Assembly (NCBI GenBank): GCA_013265495.1
Contig: MU057416.1
Coordinates: 1,234,545-1,298,544 of the forward strand
DNA from: Vicugna vicugna
Lineage: Eukaryota
Direction of reading: 5' to 3'
Length of the DNA stretch: 64,000 nucleotides
Below, piece by piece: positions 12,211 through 23,880 of this stretch (position 1 is the stretch's first letter; each line of letters opens with the position of its first letter). The translations under genes and the position numbers were made by a program. The notes beneath the pieces were generated by a model, which saw only the letters and a list, made by a program, of their open reading frames with translations, did not search any database and was not told where the DNA came from.

Positions 12211-12981
12211 CTTTAAGAAACATCTTGAGTCCAGCTATGTGGTGAAAGCAAACGTCAGAGCCGTCATTTAAGGAAGAGAGAGTATCTGACAGAAAAATGA
12301 TATAAATTTGCATCCATTTAGAAAATTTAAAGTCAATCAATACTGCACGAATTACAGGACTGGAAAATGCACACTGGTTTTTAAGAAAGGTGATTTATAC
12401 GGTTGCTTATGATGGCATTAAACAGCCAAAACCAGAAAGCTCGCCCTGGACATTCAGTCAGGTGCGAGGCACACGCGTGCTCCCATCTAATCGGTACCCC
12501 CGGGACGCAGCTGATCATCGCAAGTGACGGTCAAACAACGCCCGGGTAACGGACGGACTGGCCCGTCAGCGGCAAGCTTGAGTCTTGCTCCTGAGGGTCA
12601 GCCGTCTGCTTAGGGAGGTGCCACGAGAGGGCGGGCGGGGCCGCCTTGCTCTCACCCAATTACATCTTGCTCAGGTCCTCTCTACAATTTATAGCAAACT
12701 GCAAAGCGTTGGCCCTGTATCATCTTATTAAACTTTTATGAGAAATCGATGGAGTTCCATCGTCCGGAGGGGCAGCTCCTCACGCTGTTGTCAGCAGTGA
12801 GTGAAGTCTATTTATCCCCAGGTCTGAGGAAGGTGTTGGAGCGGCAAGAAGTTTTCATTTCACAAGCTCGGGCGCAAGAAATAGGAAATCCTCAGACTTT
12901 TTTCTAAAATACGCCATTCCAAGAACGGCCACCTTGCGGAAGCGAGCTGGAAGGAAGGCAGCAGAGTCAGCGTTCGCTCAC

Positions 12982-13175
12982 TTGTCTCTGTGTTGTCGTG
13001 CTCATCGGTCTTCCTCAGGATGACATGTCCATCTCTGCCCCCGGGGAGTTCGGGGGCTGCCAGAACCCCCCACCCCGGGTGAAGGGGAAAGAGGCTGTGT
13101 GGTGTCCGGGGCTCGCGCCGTTGGCAAGCGGCGGCACCCACTTCCGAAGCTCCCCACCCGCCGCCTCCCACGTGG
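12982..13175 (-). other. Candidate alternative first exon (5' end approximate)
   Basis: Minus-strand donor AGACAA|gtgagc at 12982/12981; TATA-like TTAAAAAG at ~13195-13202 (minus) upstream; locally GC-rich. Confidence 0.25.
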
Positions 13176-15765
13176 GGCTCTCTCCATGATTCACCTTTTT
13201 AAGGAAGCGTCAGACGGTCTCTCCTCCCTTTGCTAACTGACAACGCGAGCCCTCCTCCTCTGCTGGCTCCCCGAAGGGCACCGTCAGGTTACAGAAATTG
13301 TGGAAAACTGAAGCCCGGTTGGAAAGCCGAGGAGGGGACCGGTGGCTCATCCCACCCGACTCACTCTGTAGAACATACCCCTGGGCCCTGGGTCTGCCCG
13401 TCCAGCTGCCTACAGGACACCCCCCCTCAGCGGCCCAATGACTTCCTCCCAGGGGACACGCACCATCTTGGACAAACCTGCCCCCACCATCCTCTTTCTG
13501 TCTGTCTCAGTGACCCCCGTTCACCTGGTCACCTGGGCCTGAAACCTGAGGACCAGCGTAGACGCCTCCTACCTCCTAAATAGTTCCTGAACCAATATCC
13601 CTGGGCCCTCCCCTCCCCCTCCCCAACTCTGTCTTCACAGACAACACAGCAGCCCTCAAAATCTCTCTTCTAGAACATCACAAACAGCCTCCTAACTGTT
13701 CTGTCTGCCTCCCAACTTGGGCACAGGCCCACAGGATAAACTCTGACCCCCACAATGATCTACGCACCCCAAAATTCTGACACACATCCTCTCCACCACA
13801 GTTCTCCTGGGACGCCACCGGTCCCCTTCAGCATGAGGCCCCGCGACTCTGACAGGCGCCCAACTTCCTCCTCCGCCCAGGGCTGAGCCGCCACTTCCTG
13901 GACGCTCTGAATGCGCAAGGCCATGGGGTTTGGGGTTTTTCCCACCTAAAATGCTTGTCAAGCCTACGGATTCATGGGCCCCTTACAAAAACGTCCCCTC
14001 AAATCCCGGGACCCAGTGACTGGAGCTTGGTGTCTGCTGAGATTGGAAGTTTAACAAATGACAAGAGAGCGTGAAACCCACACTCCGTCCTTCTTCTGTC
14101 ACTGGTTTCTCTCAGCCTTGCTGGGGAGGAACAGCGGCAGTGAAAAGAAGACTCGCCGAAAGGTCCACCAGCAGGTGAGTGTCAGCACGGACACCCCGGG
14201 CTGCAGGCAAAGGCGCCAAGGAAACCAGAGACTCACCAGCTGCAACAGAGCGAGGTAACAGGCTGGCTGGTGCCCACCTACAGGGACGCTGAGGGCAGCG
14301 CTCAGGAGCAGGGCTGTGCAGATGGACCCCGGCGCGAGGCCCCCTCTGCCACTTCTTAAGCAGGCCACGTGCCGGAGTCTCCCCGCTGGTGGATGGCGAC
14401 ACCCAGAGGAGCATGTGACCCACAGGGTTGCGGGGAGACAGACGAGAACCCGGCGCAGAACCCAGCACAGAGCGAGGACGCAGAGGTGCCCGTCCTCATC
14501 GGCACGCGACCTAACAAGACCCCCGCGGCGGTCACGGTTCTCTGCGCAGACAGTGCTCCCTTCTTCCCCGAGACCCGCTTCCCGCGTTGCTTTCCTCCGT
14601 CAGCTCTGCCTCGTGCGGGCCAACCTGCTCAACTGAACCGACAGCCAGACAGAAGCTGTGCTGTTTCCAAGCAACCAGGAGCCCTGGTTCCCGTCACCCT
14701 CCTGAAGGCTGGCTGCTCCCCCGGGCGTGGCCCTGGGCCTGCTTCCTTCTCCCGCCTCACTGCTCCTCTGGGGCACCCATGCTTCTCCGGGGGCGTGAGC
14801 CCGGCTGGTGGCCTACCCTGCCCCCTACCCGGCAGGACGCCGAGGCCCACTCGGGGACCCACTGCTCCCTCCTGTGCTTCTGGAGCATTCGCCGCACTCG
14901 CGCCCCAGAGCGGGGCCCAGACTCCTCAGTGGACAAACGAGAGCTCTGGGAAGGCCTCTGGGCCTCTTTCCTCCGAGAGGGCCTCCCCCGGCACGGCCTC
15001 TCCTCTTCTGGATGCTGCTGTGGAGCCGCCGGGCACCTGCGCAGGGAGAAGGCTGCGGCCCCAGACGAAGCAAGCCTGGGGGCTGCCCTAGCGCTGGGCT
15101 CCTCTGCTTTGCTGAGCTCAGACGCCTTGTTGATACCGGAGTCCTTCCGAGCTGCATTTCTACAATTACCTGCAGCCCCCAAATCCCGTGACGGGGCTAC
15201 AGTCACCACCCTCAGCTCCTAGACTCAGACTGACACCTCCAGCAAGAACCTCCGCCTAAGCGGCACCCCGTGCGTCTGGGTGCTGACTTACCTCCAGTAC
15301 TGGGGGGGTGGGTGACCCCTCTGTCCCCCCTCACGCACCTGCCTCCACTCTCCTATTCTCTGTCTGAGATGGTGAATACCGCCACCCACCCAAACACCCC
15401 AGCCAGGATCCCAGGTCCCCTTGCCCTCTCCCTCTCTTCCAGTAGACCCCTCTCCCATCCCCCCATGTCCAGTAGATCACCGGGTCCCACTGGCTTACCT
15501 TCGAAATCCCTGTAATTTACACCACGTTCTCCCACCCCCACTCCGGGTTCACGCGCTCCTCATGATCCTCTGGGTCAGGGCGAAGAACGGCGCCCGCCCA
15601 GGTCCTCACACCCAGTCCGGGGGCGACAAGCAGCACTGACCAAGCACGCGCGCTAAGAACTGCCACAGCATCTCACCTGCGCCAACTCACGCGCTCCTCA
15701 CAACGACCTTTCGAGTCAGGAGTCAGGCGTATTCCCGGACAGGGAGAGGCATTTAAAGTGACGGC

Positions 15766-15885
15766 GGGGGGGGGGGGGGGGACAAGGCTCAGAGGTAGCG
15801 CACACGCTTAGGGTGCACAAGGTCTTGGGTTCAATCCCCAGTTTCTCTGTTAAAAAATTTTTTTTAATTAAGAAAAACAAGAAAG
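15766..15885 (+). mobile_element. Vic-1-like SINE with expanded 5' G-run
   Basis: Long G run, then GCTCAGAGGTAGCGCAC...AAGGTCTTGGGTTCAATCCCCAG and A-rich tail. Confidence 0.8.
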
Positions 15886-16695
15886 TAAAGAGTTAGGGGA
15901 AGGATTTGAACCCACTTAGCACCGTCCTGAGGCATCAACTGCCCCTTTCTCATCACGTCACTTCATCCCCTAAAAGCCTCCGCCACCTAGAGCCCTTCAG
16001 GGCCACTCCATTTTGCCTAAAGAGCCTTCACCACCAACCCCACTCCCTCCCTCCTCGCCCACAGGCACGTGGTTAGTCCCTGAAAGGGTCCTCTTACCTT
16101 CAGGCTTTGTGCAGGCTCCTCCCCGCACTGGGAGCTTCTCCTCTGCAGCACGCACGTTCAGACGGCTGGCCCCCATCCCACTCAGCCCAGGTTTGCTCCC
16201 CTCCCCACCCCCGACCCTCCCAGGGGTTAGAAGCCAGCCCCGACTCACCCGCCCTGCTTTCCACACCACCACGTGACGGGGTTGCCTCCCCTGCTCAGTG
16301 CTAGGCTCCCCAGATAGTGACTTCCTCGGCTGCGTCCCTGGCGAACGGCACATGGGAGGTCTAAATAAATACCGGGGACTGAAGAATTGACTACACGTGC
16401 GGCTCTCCAAAGGCAGGAGGGCCTCGCGCTGGGAGCAAGGTTAGAAGGCTGACCGTTCTTAAGAACTGACCTGTGAATACTAAAATTACTTTACAGCTTC
16501 AAATACATTACTCAGTGACTCAAAATCTGTTGAACCTGTGAGCGCTGAACCAAACGAATCTCGTAACAATCTTTGTAATAAGCAACCTTAGAAAGATAAA
16601 CTGTGAAAATAAAAGAAACAGTCTACTGCTGCCTCCAGACAAAAGGTACTGGAAGTCAAGATTTCTTTTTTTTTCCAAGAAAAAAGTCAGCAGCA

Positions 16696-16832
16696 GGGAG
16701 GGTACAGCTGAGGGGTGGAGCGTGTGCTTAGCAAGCACACGGGTTCAATCCCCAGGACCTGCTGTTAAAATAAGTAAATAAATAAACACAATTATACTCC
16801 CCAAAATAAAGTGGCAATAAAATTTAAAAAAA
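16696..16832 (+). mobile_element. Vic-1-like SINE with TSD
   Basis: GGGAGGGTACAGCT...GGGTTCAATCCCCAG plus tail; flanked by AAGAAAAAAGTCA(G/A)CA direct repeats. Confidence 0.85.
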
Positions 16833-19060
16833 AAGAAAAAAGTCAACAAACATCTTGGCAGTGAAATGGGAAAGCCAAATTTAGTCGAGATGACAGAATC
16901 CTAGGAAGAAACGGACCCAGCAGGCTGGTCTTCTAAACCCGCTCAGCCCACCTCCACGCGCTCTCCGAAGGGAACGTGATTTTTCTCCGGCTTCCACCTT
17001 GATTACCACGGGGAAGAGGCTCACACGGACGCTCCTTCGGCAAGGGCTGCAACGCGTGCAGGTGCGTCGCAGAACATGCGCACGATTCCCCGGGAATTTA
17101 ATGTTTAGCCGTTCTATGGCCAACAGCATCGCCTGGCCAATCTTTATGAAGCTGTGTTTACAAATACGGCTGATTGTGGAGTCCTTGCTTAGGCACTGAA
17201 TTCCTACTGCCTTTTAACCAATTAACCGTGTAACACAGAACGAAGACAATTCATGACAATTTTCTTTAAGGAAAAAAGAAGGGGGGGGGGCATAGGTAAG
17301 CAATACTGCCCAGGATTCTAAATGTAAATCATTCCAAGCTGTTGGTAACAGGAAACTTGGTACGGGAAGGACGTTTGGGAAGAGTGTGTGTACATCTAAA
17401 GATGAGGGGGAGTAATCTGAGAAAGTAACCAAGTCACACAGTGTCAGAGCTGGAAGACCCCTTACCGATCACAAGACCTGGTTACTAGCCACCTGCCCAA
17501 GGCCCAAGAAAGTCAGCGACAAAAGGGCAATAATATTCCAGCTGCAAGATTTTCAACCCCACAGGACCTTATATTCAGCCCTGGGTGTATTTCAGCCCTA
17601 ATCAGATACATAATTGCTGTATTCTTAATTCTTTGCAAAGCCACCGAGTCTTTGGTATTTTTTTTTTAAACCATAGTTGGATACACTCCCTTGACTTTTT
17701 ACTACGTGCTTCCTGTTATCACACCGTATATCAGCTGTGCTGTAGGGGACCTGGTGTCAGATTAATCCAATCTTCCCAACTTTAATCTTGTGCTCTTTTA
17801 TAAATCAGAGTATGATGTGTTGAAAGATTTCTCCCTCAATTACTGCAAAGCAAAAATATTTCTCTTGGTGTAATAATTAAGACAGAAGCTACAAATAAAT
17901 ATTGCAAATGCTACAGAATCCAAAGCATTAATAAGCAACCATCCTCAATCAGAACGTTCATTTTTTACCAGCTTTTCAATAAGAACTTATCACCATTTAT
18001 TTTACACATTTTATGCTTTCATCCCCCAGATACCTGAGTGACATCTATGGCCTGCTTACAGGAGTAAGTGAGCAGGGGACAGTTAGAAACTGGGATAGCA
18101 TTTCAGCTTCTTGTTTAAAAATGGGCAATTTCCAAAAGCCAATAAAATTTTAAGAAGAATATAACATTCATAAAAATGATTTTGTGAAATTCAGAAATGA
18201 AAATTCAGCATATTTTAGGAGAAATAAAAGAACATAAAAATAAGGTATCCTTTCTGAATTAAACAAAATCATCAGAACATTTCAGGAGGAGAAACAGACA
18301 ACTCAGGGGTGCAGCATCTCACACATAAGACTAAGCTCGGACTGTATCTAAATTTGAATTTTTTTTTAAAAGCCTGCTGTCATCTAATAAACACAGGAGA
18401 GCACAGCGTAGGTCTGGCTTTGAGTAAACAATTCATTAGTTGATATGATTACGGGGGCACTGGGAAGTTTCTTCACGCCCCCCACCCCAATTCCTGCTGA
18501 ATTAACTGAAGCCTAAAATTCCAGAGTTTATTTTCTTAGCTTAGAATTTTATTGTATTTTAAAATACAAATAGCCCTGGGGAAGGTCGGCTCTTGAGCAA
18601 ACTGCCATGTACACTTGAGTGTGAAGTAGTGTATCATCCTCTCTCCAAGTGTTGATGAAAAAGAACGGGAAACTGGGATATGCGGGAGGTGGAAGGAAGC
18701 AGAACGACTGGGGGCCACGCGGGCTGCACTGCAGCTCACTCAGCATCTGGCTGCAGCTACAGAGAATTCCCAGCTCTGACCACATTAGTCAAGACCAAGT
18801 GCCAGCACTTCCTCCAGTAATGAGACCGGCTTTAACTGCCGTTCCCCTCAGGTGATAGACCCAAACGCCGGGAAGGGAACAAACTTGGCCTCCATCTCCG
18901 CTCTTCCCTGGACTCCCTGACCAGGTTTGTTTTGCAAAGGTCACTTAATTAGTACTCTGGGTAACAGTTACAAGGTAACATTATCTTCTCCCAGATAATG
19001 ATAGCATTTTGCACGCACCAAGTCAAACAGGAATTAACAAAATTCCGATGGCTTACTCAC

Positions 19061-19096
19061 ATGATAAATAGTGAGCCATTTTAAGGAAGAGATCTC
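19061..19096 (-). other. Candidate 36-nt exon (or 3' end of a first exon) with strong-Kozak ATG
   Basis: Minus strand cttttccttacaccccag|GAGATCTCTTCCTTAAAATGGCTCACTATTTATCAT|gtgagt; AAAATGG context. Confidence 0.45.
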
Positions 19097-22000
19097 CTGG
19101 GGTGTAAGGAAAAGCCTGCCACTGAAGGGGGCTCCCGGATGCGGACTCAGCGTCGGATAAACAGGAAACAGCAGCCCGCGTTTGGACCGACAGGCAGCCG
19201 GGAGGGGCTCACCCGGGCGGGGCACGTGCTCAGCCCTGGGCACAGACCCACACTCGTGCTTTCTGACAGTTTCATCCCACATCTGCGCTATCTCTGATTT
19301 TCCAAAAATCCAATCACTCTGAGACGTCTACAAGAACATCACACATACTACAGCCAATCAAATGATCTCCCTAATCCAAAGGACAGAGGCGCATATGATG
19401 TTCCACCGCCCTCATGCTGCCTTCCTGAAATAGCGTTTGACCAAACTGTTATCAGCGAAAAGTTTCAACCTCTCCAGAGCTCTGTAGGGAGGACCTTCAC
19501 GTTTCAGTGTTAGTAACATCGCATATGTGAAATATTTTGTTCTAGATTAACTTTTCATGGACAATATCTTTTCCTTTGGTCTTAAACCTGGGAGCCTAAA
19601 ACTTTGAGTTTCATAGGATAAGGTAAAGACGGTCTATCACCCTATAAGAATCCAGAAGATAAAAACCTGTTCCTTATCAAATTTCTCAACATGATCTGAT
19701 CTATCAGGACAATTGCGAAGATGAGAGTGTTTCCCTGCAGGACAGGGGAGCCTGTCTTCACTGAGTTCCTAACAACCCCACATCAATCTTGCTTTGAGAA
19801 CATCACAAACCATCAGTAAAACTCAGTTCTGTGTCATCTCCTGTGACATCATTCCATTCCCATCTTGATCTTAACTTAGAGGTGATTTCTGGAGAAAACA
19901 AGCCAACGAGTCACAGTTTCTGAAACATCTGAGCTCCATCATCTATGAGCTCCCCATCTTTAAAAACAAGTCAGAAAGCTTGCAACACAGTAACTTACAA
20001 GCGACACAAATAATGGCTAATTGTTTTTAAACGCATAAAACTTAACCCAAATATGATATCAAACTGTTACAATGATCTACTTGTATAGAAAATAGTTATT
20101 CAAGTTAATGATTGAACTTGCACTGAAAGGGCTTTTTCTGTTATTGCAACAGTTTGAATTTTAGCACAAATTAATAAACCGTATGTTTTTTGTATTCACT
20201 CATTTTTCAAGTATGCTACGATGAGAGAAATTGGTGGTGATTAACAAACTTGAGTAGGGGGACAGGTTTTCCAGATTCTTCTTAACAAGAAGCTGGACAT
20301 CCTTCCTTACAGCACTGGTACTGACGGCTGCACAACAGGGGCGGCGCGTCTGGACTCTGTAAGGGAGACGCCATAAAGAGGTCAAAGGGAGAAGACAGAA
20401 AAGTGCAGGTTTGTCCCTCGTGCGTATTAATCCCCAACAGACAGGGCCTGATAGCAGCCCGTCTCAGAGGAAAAAACAAAACCATTCACTGCGTAAACAT
20501 CCCCAGCGAGGAGCCAACGCGGCCCAGAGGCCGCGTCTGCAGGCGCAGATAGCGGGCTTCCATCCATCCACCCCCAGCACCCGCCCACGGGAGGAGAGGG
20601 TCTGCTGTGTTTTTATTGGGTCTGGGGCCGAGGCCGCAATCGATGTTCAATAAAACGGAACTGGCGGCAAGCCACTTAGGACGTCTGCGGCGGCAGGACC
20701 GGCTGACGTTTTTCGCCTCCTAGCTCACTGTCCAGGTTCACCTCCGCTAGGTGAGGGCGCCCAGCAGCGGTTTACAGAGGGCCGTCCTCGTGGCGGACTG
20801 AGCACCTCGGTGGCGACACGACACAGACTTCACTCCATGAAATCCTGGAAGTGGATGTAAACAGCTTGCAATGGCAGCGAAGTTTGCTGCTTTGTTTAGA
20901 CCATCTGGATGTTCCATTGTGTTGGGCTGAGCGCTGACTGCCGCCGGCTGACAGTTGATAGATGTTAAGAACAAGCTCAGTGCCTCGCCCGCCCGGGGAC
21001 CTGGGAGAGAACTCTCAGTGTTTTGTGGAATGTTCTGTCAGATCAGAGCTGAGTCGCCTGCATCCTTAGTGGCTGCGTGCCAGAGTCCTCTGGCTTTTTT
21101 TTTTTTTAAAAAAATCAAAGGAGAGTTTTGCTTTTACTGTTTGAAAGATTAGGGAAACCATGCCAAAGTTCTTCCAGGCAGCTCGGGCTGCCGGGAATGG
21201 TCTTCAACCCGGGGAGGAATAAAGGGGCCCCGGGAGGACGCAGGCCCTGCTGGTTTCACGTGCACCGTGCCTGACAAACCAGCCCTTGGCACATCCCTGG
21301 AAAGCCTCGCCCACAAACACGACGCCACTAGTGACCCGAAGAGGAGAGATGAGCCCTTAAAAGCACATTATCCTCCACCTGCACAAGCCGGCGGGGGACG
21401 CGCGAAAGCGCGCACCTCTGTGCACCCCTTAACGCAAAGCCGCCTCCTCCCGCTGGACCCGATGCTGCACGAACCTCCCGCTGGACCTGCGATGACGCAG
21501 GATGGTTCCCGTTTGCAAGCACAGCCCGAGACCCGCAGAGCAAGGGCGGGCTGAGACACCTTCTCGACTCCCTCTCCAGCCGCTTGGCTTTATCGGAACC
21601 TCTGTGAGCTGCTCAGCACGCACTTCCCTTGCACCCACCGCTGTCGCTGTCGCCTGGCGACACAGGGGGATGTGGGTTGTGGAGTCCTAAGTGCCTGGGA
21701 TGAAAACACGGCTCCGTTTCTTGTTTTCTCTTCTACTATGTCAGGTTAAAAAAAAAAGGCTCAATAAATGGAATTTCACTTTTCTGCACAAGACAGAGAA
21801 ACGAGATGCAGAGTATGTAATGACTTGATCTCAAGATTGTTCACGTGGGAAACGCAATGATACCCTCTTGTGTTTGGAGCACGGCCAAATCTCCGTGAAT
21901 AGTAGAAACGAGGGGCGGAAATTCTAGGCAGGAGTGAAATCTGTGATTTATGGAGACCTGGATACATGATTCAGGCAGCACGGGGTTCCATCAGGGACCA

Positions 22001-23146
22001 CACTGTTGCACTGTCCCTTATCTCGGGGCAAGATTCAAGTCTGGAAAAGTCTGCAGGAAAAGAAGAAACGATGGGAGCCAGACAGACTCATGTGTGAAAC
22101 GGGGCTATGACACCCCGTCACACAGCTCTTTGAGGGGTTAGACGAGACCGCGCCTGCAAAGATGTCACGGGGAATACAGTGTAATGTATTTCAACAAGCG
22201 GGCTGGGAAGTTATTAGAACAAGGATACTGAAAATTTGATTACGTGAAGTTGTTACGGTGACAGTTAAGGACCCACAAATACTGTGTTTACAAATACATT
22301 AATAAACACTAAAGAAGTTTTGCTTTAAGAGAGCTCTGTGCCTTTGGACAACTTACACCAAACATTCTATGTTATACTTGTGGATTAATTATGACCAAAA
22401 CTAGAATAAACCTTCCAATGGCTTCTAAAAATGGGCTTTCTCTCTAATTCTTTTCACAGTTACAGATTAAACAAGGAACCCCTACTCCATGGTTCAAGAG
22501 AAAAGCACACAGTATTATATCTATTAAACGAAATTTATATATTCATTATTGTGTACACTGGAAGTACAGCTCTGAGAATAACTTTCCAAGTGCCCGTAAC
22601 AGCGGCTGCCACGTGATAAAAACACAATATATATTCACCGAGTGGATGAGAGAGCTCTTATTAAAGATCTTGGACACATAAGGCCACGATGCAGCCGTCT
22701 GGGCTTGCCGCAAACCTCAAACCCGCGCCCCACGGCAAACGGGTTTCTATGTGACGGCAGACAACAGCAACAAAAACTGACAAAACAGTTAGAATTTTTG
22801 GAAACCATGTGGCTTCTTTTTATCAGAACCTAACTGGTTTGCAGAGGGTGGTGTGGCAGACACTGGCTAAACAATTGTCAGGATGTTTTTAATTCATGGT
22901 TTTTACTTCCCACTGACTCTCATATTATAGATTATAGACGCCAAAGTGCTTTGACACTCACTGACCCCTTAAGGGCCTGTCTTTATGCCCTTTTTTTCTG
23001 AAACAAAAGTCAACTTATAGTATGCTGTTTAAAGGAGAACTATAGTTGAATTCTTAGAATCTTGTTTGCTTTTCCACTTCACCTCTCTCAAGTTAAATCA
23101 CACCCCAAATAAAATACATTATACAAGGGACTGAACAAATGGTTTC

Positions 23147-23592
23147 TGTGGCAAACTATCATCCAACACTGGCTGCACCATCTCTCACTCCACAAGCTCT
23201 GACACATGACCTGATGCTCCTTCCTTCAAGGGTGCAGTCTGTGTCCCTCTCTTTGAGCCTGAGTAGACCTTCGTGACTGCTTCAACCAAGAGTGTGACAC
23301 AGGGTTGCTGTGACTCCCAAGGCGAGAATTTTTAAATCTGCCTTCTTCTCCTAGGACACTCGCTCTTGGAACCGGGCCACCAAGCTGGAACGTCACCCAG
23401 CAGCCTCCGGGGAGGCCCACGGCCCTGGCTGAGTTTCCAGCTGAGTGAGCCACCTTGAAGGTAGACCCTCCAGCCCTTGGTCCAGCCAGTGAACTCAGCC
23501 CAAACGGAAGATGCCTGAACAAAATTCATGATTTCTTTGTTTGAGATGATTAAGTTTGGGGGTCGTTTGTTATGCAGAAATAAACAGAAAAC
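23147..23592 (+). mobile_element. MaLR solo LTR (MLT1G/H-like)
   Basis: TGTGGCA start; GTGACTGCTTCAACCAA; GTGAGCCACCTTGAAGGTAGACCCTCCAGCCC; ends AAGTTTGGGGGTCGTTTGTTATGCAGAAATA. Confidence 0.7.
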
Positions 23593-23767
23593 TTTCTAAC
23601 ATTAGAATTCTAAGATCCTGCAAAAACGATTCTACATTTATTATTTATAGCATTTTGCTTAGGTGGTTGATAGAGCACAATTACTAAATAGACTCATTAG
23701 AAAGAGGGGGTTAAATATTAGTACTAGCAAATTATACTGAAGCTTTCGTCTGAACCTCCGATCTCCA

Positions 23768-23880
23768 GGGGAGGGTCCAGCTCAGTGGTAGAGCACATGC
23801 TTAGCATGCGTGAGGTCCTGGGTTCAGTCTCCAGTACCTCCCTGAAACATAAAAGTAAATTAAGAAGAAGAAGAAAAACA
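23768..23880 (+). mobile_element. Vic-1-like SINE
   Basis: GGGGAGGGTCCAGCTCAGTGGTAGAGCACATGCTTAGCATGCGTGAGGTCCTGGGTTCAGTCTCCAGTACCTCC plus A-rich tail. Confidence 0.9.

Noticed and set aside
14112..15222. Cluster of 100-240-aa ORFs and plus-strand donor CAG|gtgagt at ~14174
   Set aside because: GC-rich sequence with ORFs on both strands, no recognisable protein and no supporting exon chain
20200..20361. Minus-strand coding exon after a ctcccttacag acceptor
   Set aside because: All frames close within the segment, no convincing donor and no recognisable peptide; could still be UTR
20854..20905. miR-30-like or pre-miRNA hairpin (TGTAAACA)
   Set aside because: Only the seed-like heptamer matches and the stem has a large asymmetric loop; better explained as forkhead sites
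23768..23842. tRNA-Ala gene (also the other copies)
   Set aside because: Extra 5' GGG, A-rich SINE tail, TSDs on several copies and many divergent copies indicate SINEs
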